A stretch of DNA of 64,000 bases. Origin: Phoronis australis (lineage: Eukaryota; Animalia; Phoronida). The translations under genes were made by a program, and so were the position numbers. Location: positions 1-64,000 of the forward strand of contig NMRA01000421.1 in assembly GCA_002633005.1 (NCBI GenBank), given 5' to 3'. This document shows, one piece after another, positions 48,878 through 60,914 of this stretch; within the stretch, counting starts at the first letter, position 1, and each line of letters opens with the position of its first letter. The notes below the pieces were generated by a model that was given only the letters and a program-made list of their open reading frames with translations, made no database searches and was not told the DNA's origin.

Positions 48878-50341
48878 ATGGCCACTCTGACACTGACGTT
48901 TTTATTCGTACTTTTACTGACTGTCTGGGTAACGGGGATTGTAACGTTGTGGTTGCTCAATCTCATTGGCTCTGCTAAATTTTCAGTATCTACCCATTCA
49001 GCAACGCGCACATTAGAAATTGCTGAGAACCAGAGGCGGCTTCTGCAACTTGACGATCAACGACAGAAGTTGCAACGGAGGCTTGCAAGCCTGTTGAAAC
49101 GCTACGGAATCTTGACACACAAACTGAAACAACGTTACCCACCTGAAACGCATTTACAGCAGAAGTTAAGTACATGCAGTCAATCAGAGTATTATCTGAA
49201 AAAGCAAGTACTGGACGCCGAAGTATTGACGGGCAAGCGATACAGAAGCGAACATGAAACCTCGGTTTTCACAGCGTTTTCAGTGGATCCACCCATGGTT
49301 CACACGAGCCAGACCGTTTTAAGCAACAGCGTGTCTCACGCGCCTCGCGGAGATCACTCAGAAGATCTACAAGAAGTAGTTAAGTATTCACAGAACCTCC
49401 TGCTGAAAGAAAAGCGAAACGTGACACTGCAGTTTATTCAAGGACTGTATCGTGTACTACCAAAGCACGGCGCACATTACCTATTGGAGTTCAACGCTAA
49501 TAGTCAAGGTCGAAGTACCGTCACCATGGCTACAGTGTTTCGGCCGTTTGCACCCACGGTTTTGTCAAATGTAGAGACAGTCAGTTTTGGCAAGTCTCAG
49601 GCACACGTACACGTGGTCCTCCCTTTGTCTGGTCGCTTAAAGGAGTTTGAAAATTTCATCATCCATTTTCGTGAACTTCAAACTGCAGAGAATTTAGTGC
49701 TGACAATTGTGTATTTCGGTTCACTTGGGCTGAACGCTGTGAAGATGAAGTTACACAGTCTCGGCCTACAACCTCCAATAGCGAATGTAATTCATCTGAA
49801 TCGAAACTTCTCACGAGCTAAGGGACTGCAGGTTGGTGCGTTCAGCTGGGAGGGTGGTGATGTTATCACTTTTTTCACCGACGTTGATGTGATATTCCGC
49901 AAAAACTTTATACGAAGATGCCGTATCTACACTCATCCAAATAAGAATGTTTATTTTCCAATAGTTTTTAGCCATTACAACCCTAAGTATATACAAAATT
50001 TGCCAAAGTCTCTTGACTCGATGGAGAACCGTGGGTACTGGCGCGGCTACGGGTTTGGTATGAGCTGTCAGTATCTATCTGATTTTAAAAAGATGACAGG
50101 CTTTGAGAATGGTGTGAAAGGATGGGGGGGAGAGGACATAGTGTTGTACCGTCGATACTTGGCAAGTGACCTGATGGTGATACGTGCTTTCGATGTAGAC
50201 ATTGAGCATATATGGCATCCCAAATACTGCGACGCATTGTCACGTGACTCCAAAAAATGGGGCTGGTGCCAGAGAGTAAGGGCAACAAATGAAGGTTCGA
50301 ACAGGGTGTTGGCTATAAAAATTATGAAAGGCAACGTTTAG
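48878..50341 (+). CDS. CSGALNACT: CSGALNACT-like, second copy, 487 aa
   Basis: Same motifs and ATG context as 41704-43164. The ORF-track start at 48755 is a TTG lying upstream of the splice acceptor. Confidence 0.88.
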   Translation: MATLTLTFLFVLLLTVWVTGIVTLWLLNLIGSAKFSVSTHSATRTLEIAENQRRLLQLDDQRQKLQRRLASLLKRYGILTHKLKQRYPPETHLQQKLSTCSQSEYYLKKQVLDAEVLTGKRYRSEHETSVFTAFSVDPPMVHTSQTVLSNSVSHAPRGDHSEDLQEVVKYSQNLLLKEKRNVTLQFIQGLYRVLPKHGAHYLLEFNANSQGRSTVTMATVFRPFAPTVLSNVETVSFGKSQAHVHVVLPLSGRLKEFENFIIHFRELQTAENLVLTIVYFGSLGLNAVKMKLHSLGLQPPIANVIHLNRNFSRAKGLQVGAFSWEGGDVITFFTDVDVIFRKNFIRRCRIYTHPNKNVYFPIVFSHYNPKYIQNLPKSLDSMENRGYWRGYGFGMSCQYLSDFKKMTGFENGVKGWGGEDIVLYRRYLASDLMVIRAFDVDIEHIWHPKYCDALSRDSKKWGWCQRVRATNEGSNRVLAIKIMKGNV

Positions 50342-51630
50342 TTGTTCAATAAACGTTAGCCGTTACCAGTTCTTAGTAGACTTTCATGTCCGCTGATCGA
50401 TAAAGTTTCATCAGACGCCAATTGTTGTGTTTTGTTTACCGCTATACCTGCTTTAATCATGCTGAGACCTTTCCTTTCTTGCGTTGCCAGTATTTTACAA
50501 CACTAACTCCATTTAAGCCTACAGTAGAATGTAACTCCCGCGCACTTATACTAGGATTTAACCTGAACAATTTGCCTTTTGCAATACCATATTTCTTCCC
50601 ATGGATACTACATTTCGGTGCTTATGTACAACAATGTTGGTTTTATCCAAATTACCTGTCAGACTCCAGTTTTTACAAAATTCCTCAAGTACATAAGACT
50701 TTTCTCTGAAACACAATTATGCTAGCCAAGTTATTTGCAAAAAGCAGAAAACTCTTGGCGAATAACAGCAGGCCGTAGACACACTCTTGAGCAACACCTA
50801 TTTTACACTTGAAGTACGGAGTGACGTCCGCTTGTATGTCAACACATGACTTACCCTTCTCATGTTACGGAGGACGAAAAACTTTTCCCCCGTGGACACC
50901 CTTTGATCAGAAGGACGTAAAATAGACATGGCGTTTCGACAGCGTCAAATGCTTTACTAAAATCAACGTACAACTAGTGCACCTTTCCACGCCTTTTTGT
51001 CACATATTTCTAAATTAAACTCTGCAAAACAAAAGTAGCGTCAATAGTGCAGTATCCAGTTCAAAAACCCGCTTGTTCTTCCGGAATACCGTTCTATTTG
51101 CCCATTCAGTAATTAGCCTTGTGTTCAAAATAGTCACTTTACCGAAGAGCGATGTTCCTCTGTAACCACAAGGTTTTTTAATCACATTTCTAAGTTGAAT
51201 AAAAACATAAAAATACGTTTACACCACCTGTCAGTAATAGTCATAATGATACGTTTACACCATCCGTCAGTAACAGTCACTGTGTCAAAAATTCTGTCCA
51301 TGAAGTATATTCATTAGTTTGCCAACAGTAAATTCATCAAATTCTTGTGAGAGGCCATCTTTGCCAGGTAATTTTTATCTTGTCAAAAGCATGGATTGTT
51401 TCTTCCTTTTTAATTATGCCGTTTAAGAAGATAAAGAAGAGTGTAGCTACAGCCGAGCAAGTTGTTTTTTTTATTCTCAAGATGTTCACAAATACAAAAA
51501 ACGCATTCGTTTGCTCTATGTGCCCTACATAATTAAAAATGCCCCCAAGCCTGGCCTTCCCTAGATTTTAATGTTTTGGGAGTGCAAATTGCCCACGGCC
51601 GCAGCTATCACTGTTCAGTACGTGCCACCT

Positions 51631-53699
51631 ATACGAATGGTGAATGTTGACCAAGACCCTTCTGTACCTCTGACGCCATACGCTTGCTCCCCTAGCGGAG
51701 ATCATGAGAATTCGCTAACAGCGTTAACTACTGACTTCGCCTATTAATGCACGGCAGCGTCAGACGAGTCACAGATAGATTTGTAACAATTAATGCTCTG
51801 TATTGTTACTTCATCAATGACCTGTCTTACAATATCTCTTGTGGCACTTTTCATTTGCCCATCTTACCAGAAATTAGTATTTTTACCTTACTTTACGTTT
51901 AGTCGATCACTACCTGTTTAATAAATTATCTTATATCGCCTACCTCGATCTCCGTTTCATCTCTGGTAACGAGCTTCTGACGCACGAACTATTACAGGTG
52001 TATATATCATTCGGGAAATATGTCGATCATAAATGTATTTGTGATATGTGATATAGTGAATTCTTAGGTTGCATTAGAAATATATTTGCTCAGCTGAGTG
52101 ACTGAGTCCTGCGTCCGCTACTGCGAATGGCCACATTACAAGTATGCAGCGGTTGTGTTTTCGTTTCAGCTTCTCGTTTGATTTACGGCAGTGATAAGCA
52201 GTCTGCTGTCTGTGAGCGGAATGTGGCCGAGCATTCGGTTATTTCATTTTCTCTTTAATGTTGAAAGTTAATCATAAATTAGCTTGTGTCGACCACAGCG
52301 GTATGTTTTTGTTCAAAATTGACTCGCATTTGCCAAGGATTCTCCTACCTATCCATAAATAGTTCCATTGAAGAACAGCACTGTCTGTAGCCTTGCATTT
52401 GGTGTCATCACCCTGAGTCGAATTACCAGTGTGTAACCAAACTCATTGTGGGCACTAGTATCCTATCTGACCCACCCTTGAAGAGCCTGCAATATTTGAT
52501 TATTATCCATTTAAATACAAAGTATCAACATCAGTCAAAATATTATTTCACAGAACGTTGAATCCCCAGATGTTAATATTTTCCCAAAACCCGCTGTAGC
52601 ACTTTTATCAGGTTATTTCGGCTTGTCAAGTGATTTTCTTATTTGACAAAAACTTTTTTGATTAATTGGTGCGAAAAAGTTCAGCACATGATGTAGTGAA
52701 TAGTATTCTGTGGTTCACTGGCATAGCCAGAACTGTTAGCATAATATGCTCGAAAACTTTCCGTATTGTTTCATAATAAACACAGCGGTCCCGCCCGCGC
52801 CATAACGTTTCACAACTGGTGACCGATAACCATTAAACATTTACAATTATGTATATGAAGTTGATATTATAATCATTCTTTTTTTCAGACATGATGTATC
52901 TACGAAAAAAAAACAATGGCTCAACGTCATACAATACAAATTGGTTCGACTGTTAGGCTCCATTGCCATAGGGCTTTCCACTGACTGGGGGTCCATAAAC
53001 TCGGTTCGTTGACCTCCTAGTCCACTATAGGGGCGCCATCATGCGTGTGACGTAAGCGGACGTACAAAAGGGTCTTGGTCAATATACTCGCTGGTTCCCT
53101 GCGTTCCGCTAGGTGGGGCGGTAGCCGCGCCAGCACGCAGGTATCACTTATTTTCATCGGTAATTTTTTTTACACCGACGTTTCTGATTGGCTAGTCGAA
53201 TTCTCAACAAGCAGGGTTTTACGCAAACAAACTGGCATGACTGATGAACTGAAGTGTAAATATGGTCTGTTGTACAGACAAATCGGTGCTTAAAATTCAT
53301 GTTCAGGAAATGTGAAGCCTAGAAATTGTGATTGCGACTTTCAGGAATGGATCTTTCTACAGTCGATGACTTTTGTTTACGATAGTGTGCTGTATTCATA
53401 CAATATGAATAACACACGGCTTAAATCGGCCAGATATGTGTTGATTGTACATGTATGTGCTTCAAGCACGCGGTTATTAAACATCACTGCAGAAACGAAA
53501 TAGTTACTGCTACGCCTCTTGCATGACAAGGCTAAAAATCGTTCACAGTCCGCCATTTTTTCACGGTGTTGTAAAGCTAACCAATGACTGCCGAGGTTGC
53601 ATCGACCAATGCTAAAGCGCGTGCCACTGCGTGACACCTGCGTGCTGGCTGGGCTAAGCACGCAGGGAACCAGCGATCGTCAATATTCTCCAGTATACT
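51631..53699. mobile_element. Older ~2-kb element related to the 45459 MITE (AATGGTGAATGTTG TIR)
   Basis: Left GAATGGTGAATGTTGACCAAGACCCTT; right AAGGGTCTTGGTCAATA[insertion]TTCTCCAGT. Ends approximate. Confidence 0.55.
53086..53678. mobile_element. 593-bp MITE with 8-bp TSD inserted into the right TIR of the previous element
   Basis: TCGCTGGTTCCCTGCGT..ACGCAGGGAACCAGCGA TIRs; GTCAATAT duplicated at 53078-53085 and 53679-53686. Confidence 0.75.
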
Positions 53700-55359
53700 G
53701 TATATGGTACGGCGGAGAATTGCAGTGAATCGTTTAGTTGTTTTGTTTGAAGCCTTGTAGTCGTGCATGCAGGGTTCACTAAGCATGCCGGTTTTTTGCT
53801 TTGTTTGCTTGAGGAATATAAGGATTTTACGTTTTGTATGACCATGATGAATTTAGTACAATGACCGCTGTCAGAATAAATATTGATTAAGTAATTAGTA
53901 AGAATAGATCCATTTTTAGTTGCCCAAAATTTATGCAAAATTAATGTACTTTTAAATCATGGGGTCAAACTTGTTGACATGTACTTTAACGTCAAAATCT
54001 AATTTGTGGTTTTTATTAGCCAATCGCTAAATAAGTAGTATATTATAATATGGGCTAAAATCAAGAAGATATTCAGATAAGCTAGATAGTAGATGAAGCA
54101 TAAAGACTTGCGACAATGCACAGAGGAAATTGTACAACAGAGCCATCTCGTGGAAGATTCTAAAGAGGATCTTGGCAAGGGCAAGGGTTAACGAACATGG
54201 AAGTTAACTAAGAGCTTGTCACTTGCATGGTGTGTAGTAAGATATCTATATACTGCCTGAAGTGTTGCGTCACCAGAGACTGTGCAGCAAGTACACTGTC
54301 GCTATTCAGTGTGTGTAGTTCGAAGATTCACCAACAGGACTCTCATCTACCAAGTGGAGATATTTGATTGAAGTAATCTTTAAAGAGGGCGCTGGCGTAG
54401 TTACTCTTCTATGTAGTTGATTACTTAAATTAATTAACAACAGGTTTCACTTGTTTAAGTAGGGGTAATCATAAAATAAATTGGTTACTGGATTAATCAT
54501 TCTCTCTCCATCAGTCAGTATTATCACCAGTTGTTTTTCTAACTTGTTCAGCCCATTGGCTGCCTAGGCCTTAGACAATACCGCTGACCCAGTAGAGACG
54601 GTGATCATACCAAAGGTGCTCCATATGCTGGATGCTTTTCGGCAAATTATGTTCTTATAAGTTTAGAAGTACCGCATAGAGAGATGCCTCTGAGGAAGTC
54701 GTTAATGTTTTCATTTGTTCCCAGTTTAAACAAATACTCCTGCAATACTGTTTTTCGAGCACGCCATTGTTCAGTTGCCACATCGACACTGCTTGCGCTA
54801 AGGGATAATCATATGGCGTTATACTGTGGGTGTGATTTTAAAGCACTTTAAGTCAAAAAATTTTGAGAAAGTTAAATAGAGTAGATGGTTGCAAACCACA
54901 TGCCCAAGTGGCCGTCATCCCCTGCCGTAGTCCTGGGATAGGGGGAACCTCTTCTCAATTTCTTGTAAACATTAACTACTTAGGTAGCTGCAATGATAAT
55001 TAAATTAAAGTGCCTAAGTGGCCATCATCGCGGTCGTAATTTGAGGACGATGGAAGCCACCGTCCATTTCGTCAAAGATCGATTACCTTAAGTGTAAATC
55101 GATTGACTATGGTTTGAGCATCTGATTTAAAAAAATTAAATTTCAATCACTGCACTGGTATATCAGCTGATTTATTTTCAGTAGCATCAACTAATCTAAT
55201 TTTTAGACGATCAACATTTTTAGGCGACAGATCAGATGGCATGTAAATTTGTTAGGCTGGTGGTGGATCAGTTCCTGATAAGTCCATCTGAAAAAGTTGC
55301 ATGCCAACTCACTTACATGTATAGTTGAATGTTAAATTAGTGTTAACAGTTCGGGTTTT

Positions 55360-56883
55360 TTTCAGTTGGACTTGTATCGCAAGCAACAGCTCTATCCAGA
55401 GCCCTGAATACGCAAATGAAATTTAAAGATAAAGACCTTGTGTCTTAGAAGCCAAGTACCACAGATCATCATGCTTTAAAAAATAGAAAGACAACGACTG
55501 TGAAGAATGACGAATCCGCAGTTTTCATAGATGTTTTTCTACAGTTTTGTTTGGAGTTCATTGAATCAAAGCTTCTAACATATGAAGATGTCATTTGCCT
55601 TTCCAAACTTAAGCAAGACTTTGAAGCTGTTCTTCAGAAAGCTGGTGTGCATGAAGTTATTTGGACAGGCAATCTTAAGAAATATTGTTGAAGCTACTCA
55701 CTATTGTAGTTTGTGCCTGACTAAGAGATACGAAAGAGAATTGAGGCTAGTGTTCAATAATTCACTTGGTGACTCTAATTAACACAGCCCATTATAACAT
55801 ATTTTGAATCAAACGTTTGCCCAAATCCTCCCCGCCTCCAAACAAGGACTTAGTGTTTGACCATTCATTGCCTGCGGGCCAATCACCAGTGTGCAGTGCT
55901 GTACCCTCTCTAATCGACCATAGTTGGCTCCTTGGCGGTGGAGCTTTGCAGTTAAAATGTATGGCAATGCCCGCATCTTCATCGACAGCACTAAAAGATG
56001 AACGCTGCAAGTGCAAAAAGAACATGTGTTCTGGGAAACTGAGTTTGTGCTGCAATGCTGGGTCAAACTGTACAGAAATGTGCAGCTGTGACAACTGTAG
56101 TAACATCAGCAACATCGACTGCATAACATTGGATAGTTCTTTGACAAGTCAAGCCTAAATAGACCTCCAACCCCGTTATTTCGTTTATTTTGTATTAAAA
56201 AGTTAATTTTATTTGTTGATTAAGTCATAGAAAGTACATACTTTGATCATTGTCATGTATTTGTCTCATACTACTTGATAAACGCGGTCAGAATAATCTA
56301 TTACTTTCATACAGTCTGTGTTCACATTCACAGAGATTGTTTTTGTACTATAACGTATTTCGGGTGTATTATGCAAACAAGCTGTATTTTACATCATTAG
56401 TCAATGTTTTAGTCATTGAGGCACAAATTTTTCCCTGTCTCAAGTGTTTTGTGTTATTTTTGTTGCCAGACAGTGCCAGAATAACTTCATAGTAAGATTC
56501 AGACTTAGTTTACATTTTTGCCACTAGGTGTCTCTTTACATTTTTTAAATTTCACTGTTTACAATTAATCTACAACAGTAAAACATGTAATGTGAGTGTA
56601 ATATTGTTCAATACAATGACACTGATGGGACCATATTACTTGTTTTACAAAAAAGTCACCAAAACTGTTGTTTTTACAAATATAAGTTTACTAAGTCTTT
56701 GGTGATTATTAGGTAACTTCAAACTCAAATTTCTCAAAAATGTGCAACTTTATATGTGGGAACTTTTTAGATTTTGAAAACACTCTAATAAATGAATTAA
56801 AAAACACCAAAATAAAATTGCCCCCCTAAAGTACTCACAAAAATCCTTTTCTAGAGGCCCTACAAATTCTGGCCCACCGACTA
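55360..56883 (+). mobile_element. Academ-like transposon remnant
   Basis: DL..EAKYHRS fragment at ~55435-55475. PS..DHSW..G.L..M.MPA..RCKCKKNMC..CCNAGSNCTEMCSCDNCSN (Cys8/CXC tail) at ~55900-56110. Ends ..CCCACCGACTA (TAG terminus). Left TIR not found. Confidence 0.6.
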
Positions 56884-57607
56884 CTAAGCACAATCTCAAA
56901 GCATACCTACCTTTTAAACAAACCCACAGTCAATCTCTGTCAACCATAAACAGCATGACGGCGTTCTGTCGTTCAGCAACTTTTCCAGACGTGAGGGGTT
57001 CTGAACGTGCGATAACATCTGGCTTCTTTGTTAACTACCTAGCACAGTCTTTTGTCCCGTTTGACAACAAGCAGGCCAATTATCTCCCAGGCTTCAAAGG
57101 GTTACTGAAACCTGGCAGAATGGATTGTCTTAACTTCTGTTGTAGTTGGGCAGGGAATTCAGAAATGTTGTTGGTTTATGTTCAAATGTGTTATAACTTA
57201 ACTTTCATTTTTAGCAGCACAGCCCAGTCAGGCTAGATACGATCTGATCGGAGATTGGAGCAATTATCGAACAAAAGAGAGCCGGCACTCCAACCATAAA
57301 TGCCGGATAGAGTTAATCAGTCGTGTAAGATATTGGCTACAGAGGTGATTTTCCCAACTTGTTGTTGGGCTATAGAATCGAACAAGTTGGGAGCAACGGG
57401 AAAACGCCGTAATGGACAGTAATCAGACAAACAAACTACTTGATTAACTTTTAATGCTGACAGTGATTATCCTAAATAATACAATAAATAGTGATTAGAG
57501 CTATATTTACAACCAAAACCAAAGCGTACACCAACTGCTATAAACGTGACACTTGCAGTACTCGGCTAGCTCATTTCAGGGCACGAACCTCCATACCCAC
57601 TCACAAT

Positions 57608-59572
57608 AGCGGAGTTGCAACGCCGCCATATTGGAAATGGGTCAGAATGTTGCATTGTGGTTAAGCCGGTAAACAAGTACGTCGGCAAGCGTGGGGGCGA
57701 ACCGGCCACAGGGAGGTTATACGTGTTGTGTGCCTGGCATGCTATAATACCAGTTAGCGAAATAAAAAATTTAGTTACTACCTGTTTCCCAAGGATCATG
57801 GAACTGCGTTAAACATGGGTCAGAGACATCGGTAGAGCTGGTAGCAAAGGCCGACTTCGTGAATTCTTTCCGACTTCGTAGCATAAAGTGTGCAGCGCTC
57901 ATTTTGAGGGCGGCAAGAAAACGTATCTTAGAAACTGCCCAACAATATCTCCCTTCAAAGAAACAGTAACAAATACTCCACGGCGGTTGGTAGTGAAAAA
58001 AAAAACTTGTTTTCGCTTGACCAGAACCAAGCCAACATGAGCAATTTTGAGGATAATGCCTCTGCACAATCACCTGTTCTGGGTCGACTCACTTAACGTA
58101 TGCACACTATATGCATTACGCGCTAAGATAAAGCGTGCAGATTATTATTATTTACTTTCTACAAAATTGTGGTACATTGCTATCAAAATTCGTTGTTAAA
58201 TTACGATCATTTTTCATAAAATTTTGTTGAAGTTCCAGGGCGAAATCTTGCCGACAAATGCGTAGCTGCTGGTCTCGCAATCGTCGATAGGGCTTGAATT
58301 CTTAAATAAGAATACAGCTTTGACTCAACAAATTACCTGAAATCCTCCTCAAGTTTTCCAAATAGCGTCTCTAAGATTTTTAAGTTCTTGTGAAGTCTGG
58401 ATTAACTGCAGATTAAGTCCAAATCTACGCTAGATTGTAGCACGCAACCCGAGAAAAATCTCTGTGGGAACACATGTTGTTGTCACGTGACGTTTGTTTT
58501 GAAGTTTGTATGCGTGTGTGTGAGAGTAAGCGTGCGTGTGCTTGTCAGAGTTCATTTGCCAGAGTAATGTAATGATCTAGGTGTGCATTGTATCCAAAAA
58601 AAAAAAATAAGTCAAGCAGAGCGTGTTTTAATATTTACGGCTTAGCACTTGCTGGCCTCATCTGCTAAAAACGTTCGAGAATTTTTTCGGTAAGACCGAC
58701 ATGTCACTCATTGAGTCGCCGGGTGAGTGGATGCGTGACCGTAGTGTAACAGCTATTTCCCGGAAGATTTGGGGTGTAAGGGTGCGAAGTGGGTCATTTT
58801 GACCTTAAAAACACCAATTATGATTAGTTAAATAATTTCTCTTAAAAATAATGCAGAAGCTTTTTACGGTATTGGAAACTTTCGGAAATTAGTGCCAATA
58901 TTTATTTGCCGATGCTATGTTACCCGATTAATCTTCGATGACAGTCGGTACATTATGCAGCGCGCGCTTCTTGGTCGCGTGCTAACACTGGTCGAGTTTT
59001 TTTTTTTAGTCTTCGATTCACGGTTTTCACATGCACAAAGAAGTTTGAGGCCGGAGAAGATCTGTACTGGAAAGAAACAATGCAATCCCGCTCTTTGACA
59101 AGTACGCTGTGTCTGTTTTCAAAGTCCAGACCCGCGTAGTGGGGCACATCCCTCGCAAGAGCAGCAAAACTTCTGCGTTCTTTTTGAATCGCGGCGTAAG
59201 TTTGAAGTGTATACGGACATAACGGTGAGGCTCGTGGTCCGTTACAAATTCAGGCTGTCGGATCTTTCAATTGATAAATTGGAGACGTTAGAACTGTAGG
59301 TAAGGGCATTTTTCGCATGTACATGTAGTTCATGGGCTGGGCGCTTACTTTAGCAAAGTCTGAAAACGCGTTGGGGCACTTGTTGAGCCATGGGCGCTAA
59401 TTAGGGCGAATAGCGGCAGAATTACATACAGCAGCTTAGTTTAATGCACACAAATTACACGTCGTGCAAACCAGTCGGTCATCCCGTTTACCATCAACAA
59501 TCCCAGTAGCCTTTGCGCACCCTAATTTCCGGACATGCGCAATCGTTAAATCGATTCGGTTGCAACTCCGCT
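57608..59572 (+). mobile_element. ISL2EU/Harbinger-like element with THAP remnant
   Basis: Perfect 14-bp TIR AGCGGAGTTGCAAC with AT flanking both ends. Frameshifted THAP at ~57720-57955 (TCCVPG..YLFPKD..KVCSAHFEGGKKTY..PTI). Confidence 0.75.
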
Positions 59573-59628
59573 ATTGGATGCAACTCAAGGTACCTGTTCA
59601 AATTTACATTCGTCATACAGCACCTAGG

Positions 59629-59723
59629 CATGGGCGGCGCACACTTTTTTCAGTGGTGCACCTTTGGGGGAGCTGAGGGGGCCTTAGCCGTTCCACTTTT
59701 TACTCCGTGCTGCGCCGACCATG
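59629..59723. mobile_element. 95-bp hAT-like MITE with 5-bp TSD
   Basis: CATGGGCGGCGCAC..TGCGCCGACCATG flanked by CTAGG/CTAGG. Related pieces at ~10710-11000. Confidence 0.65.
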
Positions 59724-60591
59724 CTAGGGCATGTTATAAATAGAACAAATGACGCAACCGCCAGCTCATAGTTGACAATCAGCTCATGCTAACAACCAAA
59801 ACAGATTGATTTTTGTCATGAGAAATCATGAGCTTTCGTGCTTACCAAGATGCCCACTACCAAATTGCTCTCCGCGACCTTTTGTCTTCATATTAGAAGT
59901 GACGATACGGGTATGAAACAATTTTCTGGCATTTGCCACGATGCAGTTACGGCGATGATGCATGAACGTGGGACACACATCAGAAATCATAGATTAGACG
60001 AAACTTGTGTACGTCATTGTTAGACTAATTACCGACCTTCAGTTTAGAGTTTTGTGTAGGTATACGATCGAAAACTCGAACGCTGACATCTTTCAGCGAT
60101 TGCCAAGTAGATGCAATGATATAACTGGCTTTCACTACCGGTCAACAGTATGTTGGTTCGGAGACCCCAAAATATGATAATGACCTTGGTTTCGACTTCT
60201 GAATTCTTGGTTTGAGCGCAGGTTGTGGTGCAGCGTCTAGTGTGGCTGTACATAGCTTTTGCTTAGTGCTCCCAGCTGCCACTATTGACTGGTCTTGTCT
60301 GTCAGTACAGTACATGTTTTTTCTCTCACATCAAGACTTGTGCAGTGACTCCACGTGCTGGGCAGAAGCCCAGACTGAGCTTTACGAGATTGGACTCGTC
60401 TCTTGAAATGTGCTAAACCCAGCTGTGGAAGCATTTTCAGAACTCTACTGACGTTTTAATTCTTTAGTGGAATATTACATCTCAAATTAAATGCGGGGAA
60501 AAACACAAGTTACGATGCTTACACTTGTTCTGGAGTGGAGGCCTACATGCAACTATACCTGTGACAAAAATGGGGAAATGGGTATATATGG

Positions 60592-60599
<8 letters not shown>

Positions 60600-60642
<43 letters not shown>

Positions 60643-60655
60643 GTGCGTGTGTGTN

Positions 60656-60684
<29 letters not shown>
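60600..60684. repeat. (TG)n microsatellite containing an assembly N at 60655
   Basis: Directly visible; shorter TG runs at ~8109-8133 and ~12038-12057. Confidence 0.95.
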
Positions 60685-60687
<3 letters not shown>

Positions 60688-60914
60688 GTGTAGAAATGGA
60701 CGAAAATACACATCTACGCGTCAAAACAACGACGAGATCATGTACAACTGTAAATATTGTCACGTATGACAAAAAGCGCGACATCAGGATGTTATTTCAA
60801 GAAGCGGGGCGAAGCTTCAAAATAACGGGAATGCCTCTTCAAAAGCCAAACAATGATGTGATGACAAAGTACATGTATGAATAGACAAACATTACTAATG
60901 GTCAAGGACACATT

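Larger units (their letters stand above)
43384..50550 (+). repeat. Near-identical duplicate of ~37873-43382 (probable second haplotype) with two extra insertions
   Basis: Starts right after the N at 43383. Colinear with the preceding 5.5 kb apart from insertions at 45459-46065 and 46220-47349. Confidence 0.85.

Noticed and set aside
60482-60884. CV/HT-repeat ORFs
   Set aside because: Translations of the (TG)n microsatellite.
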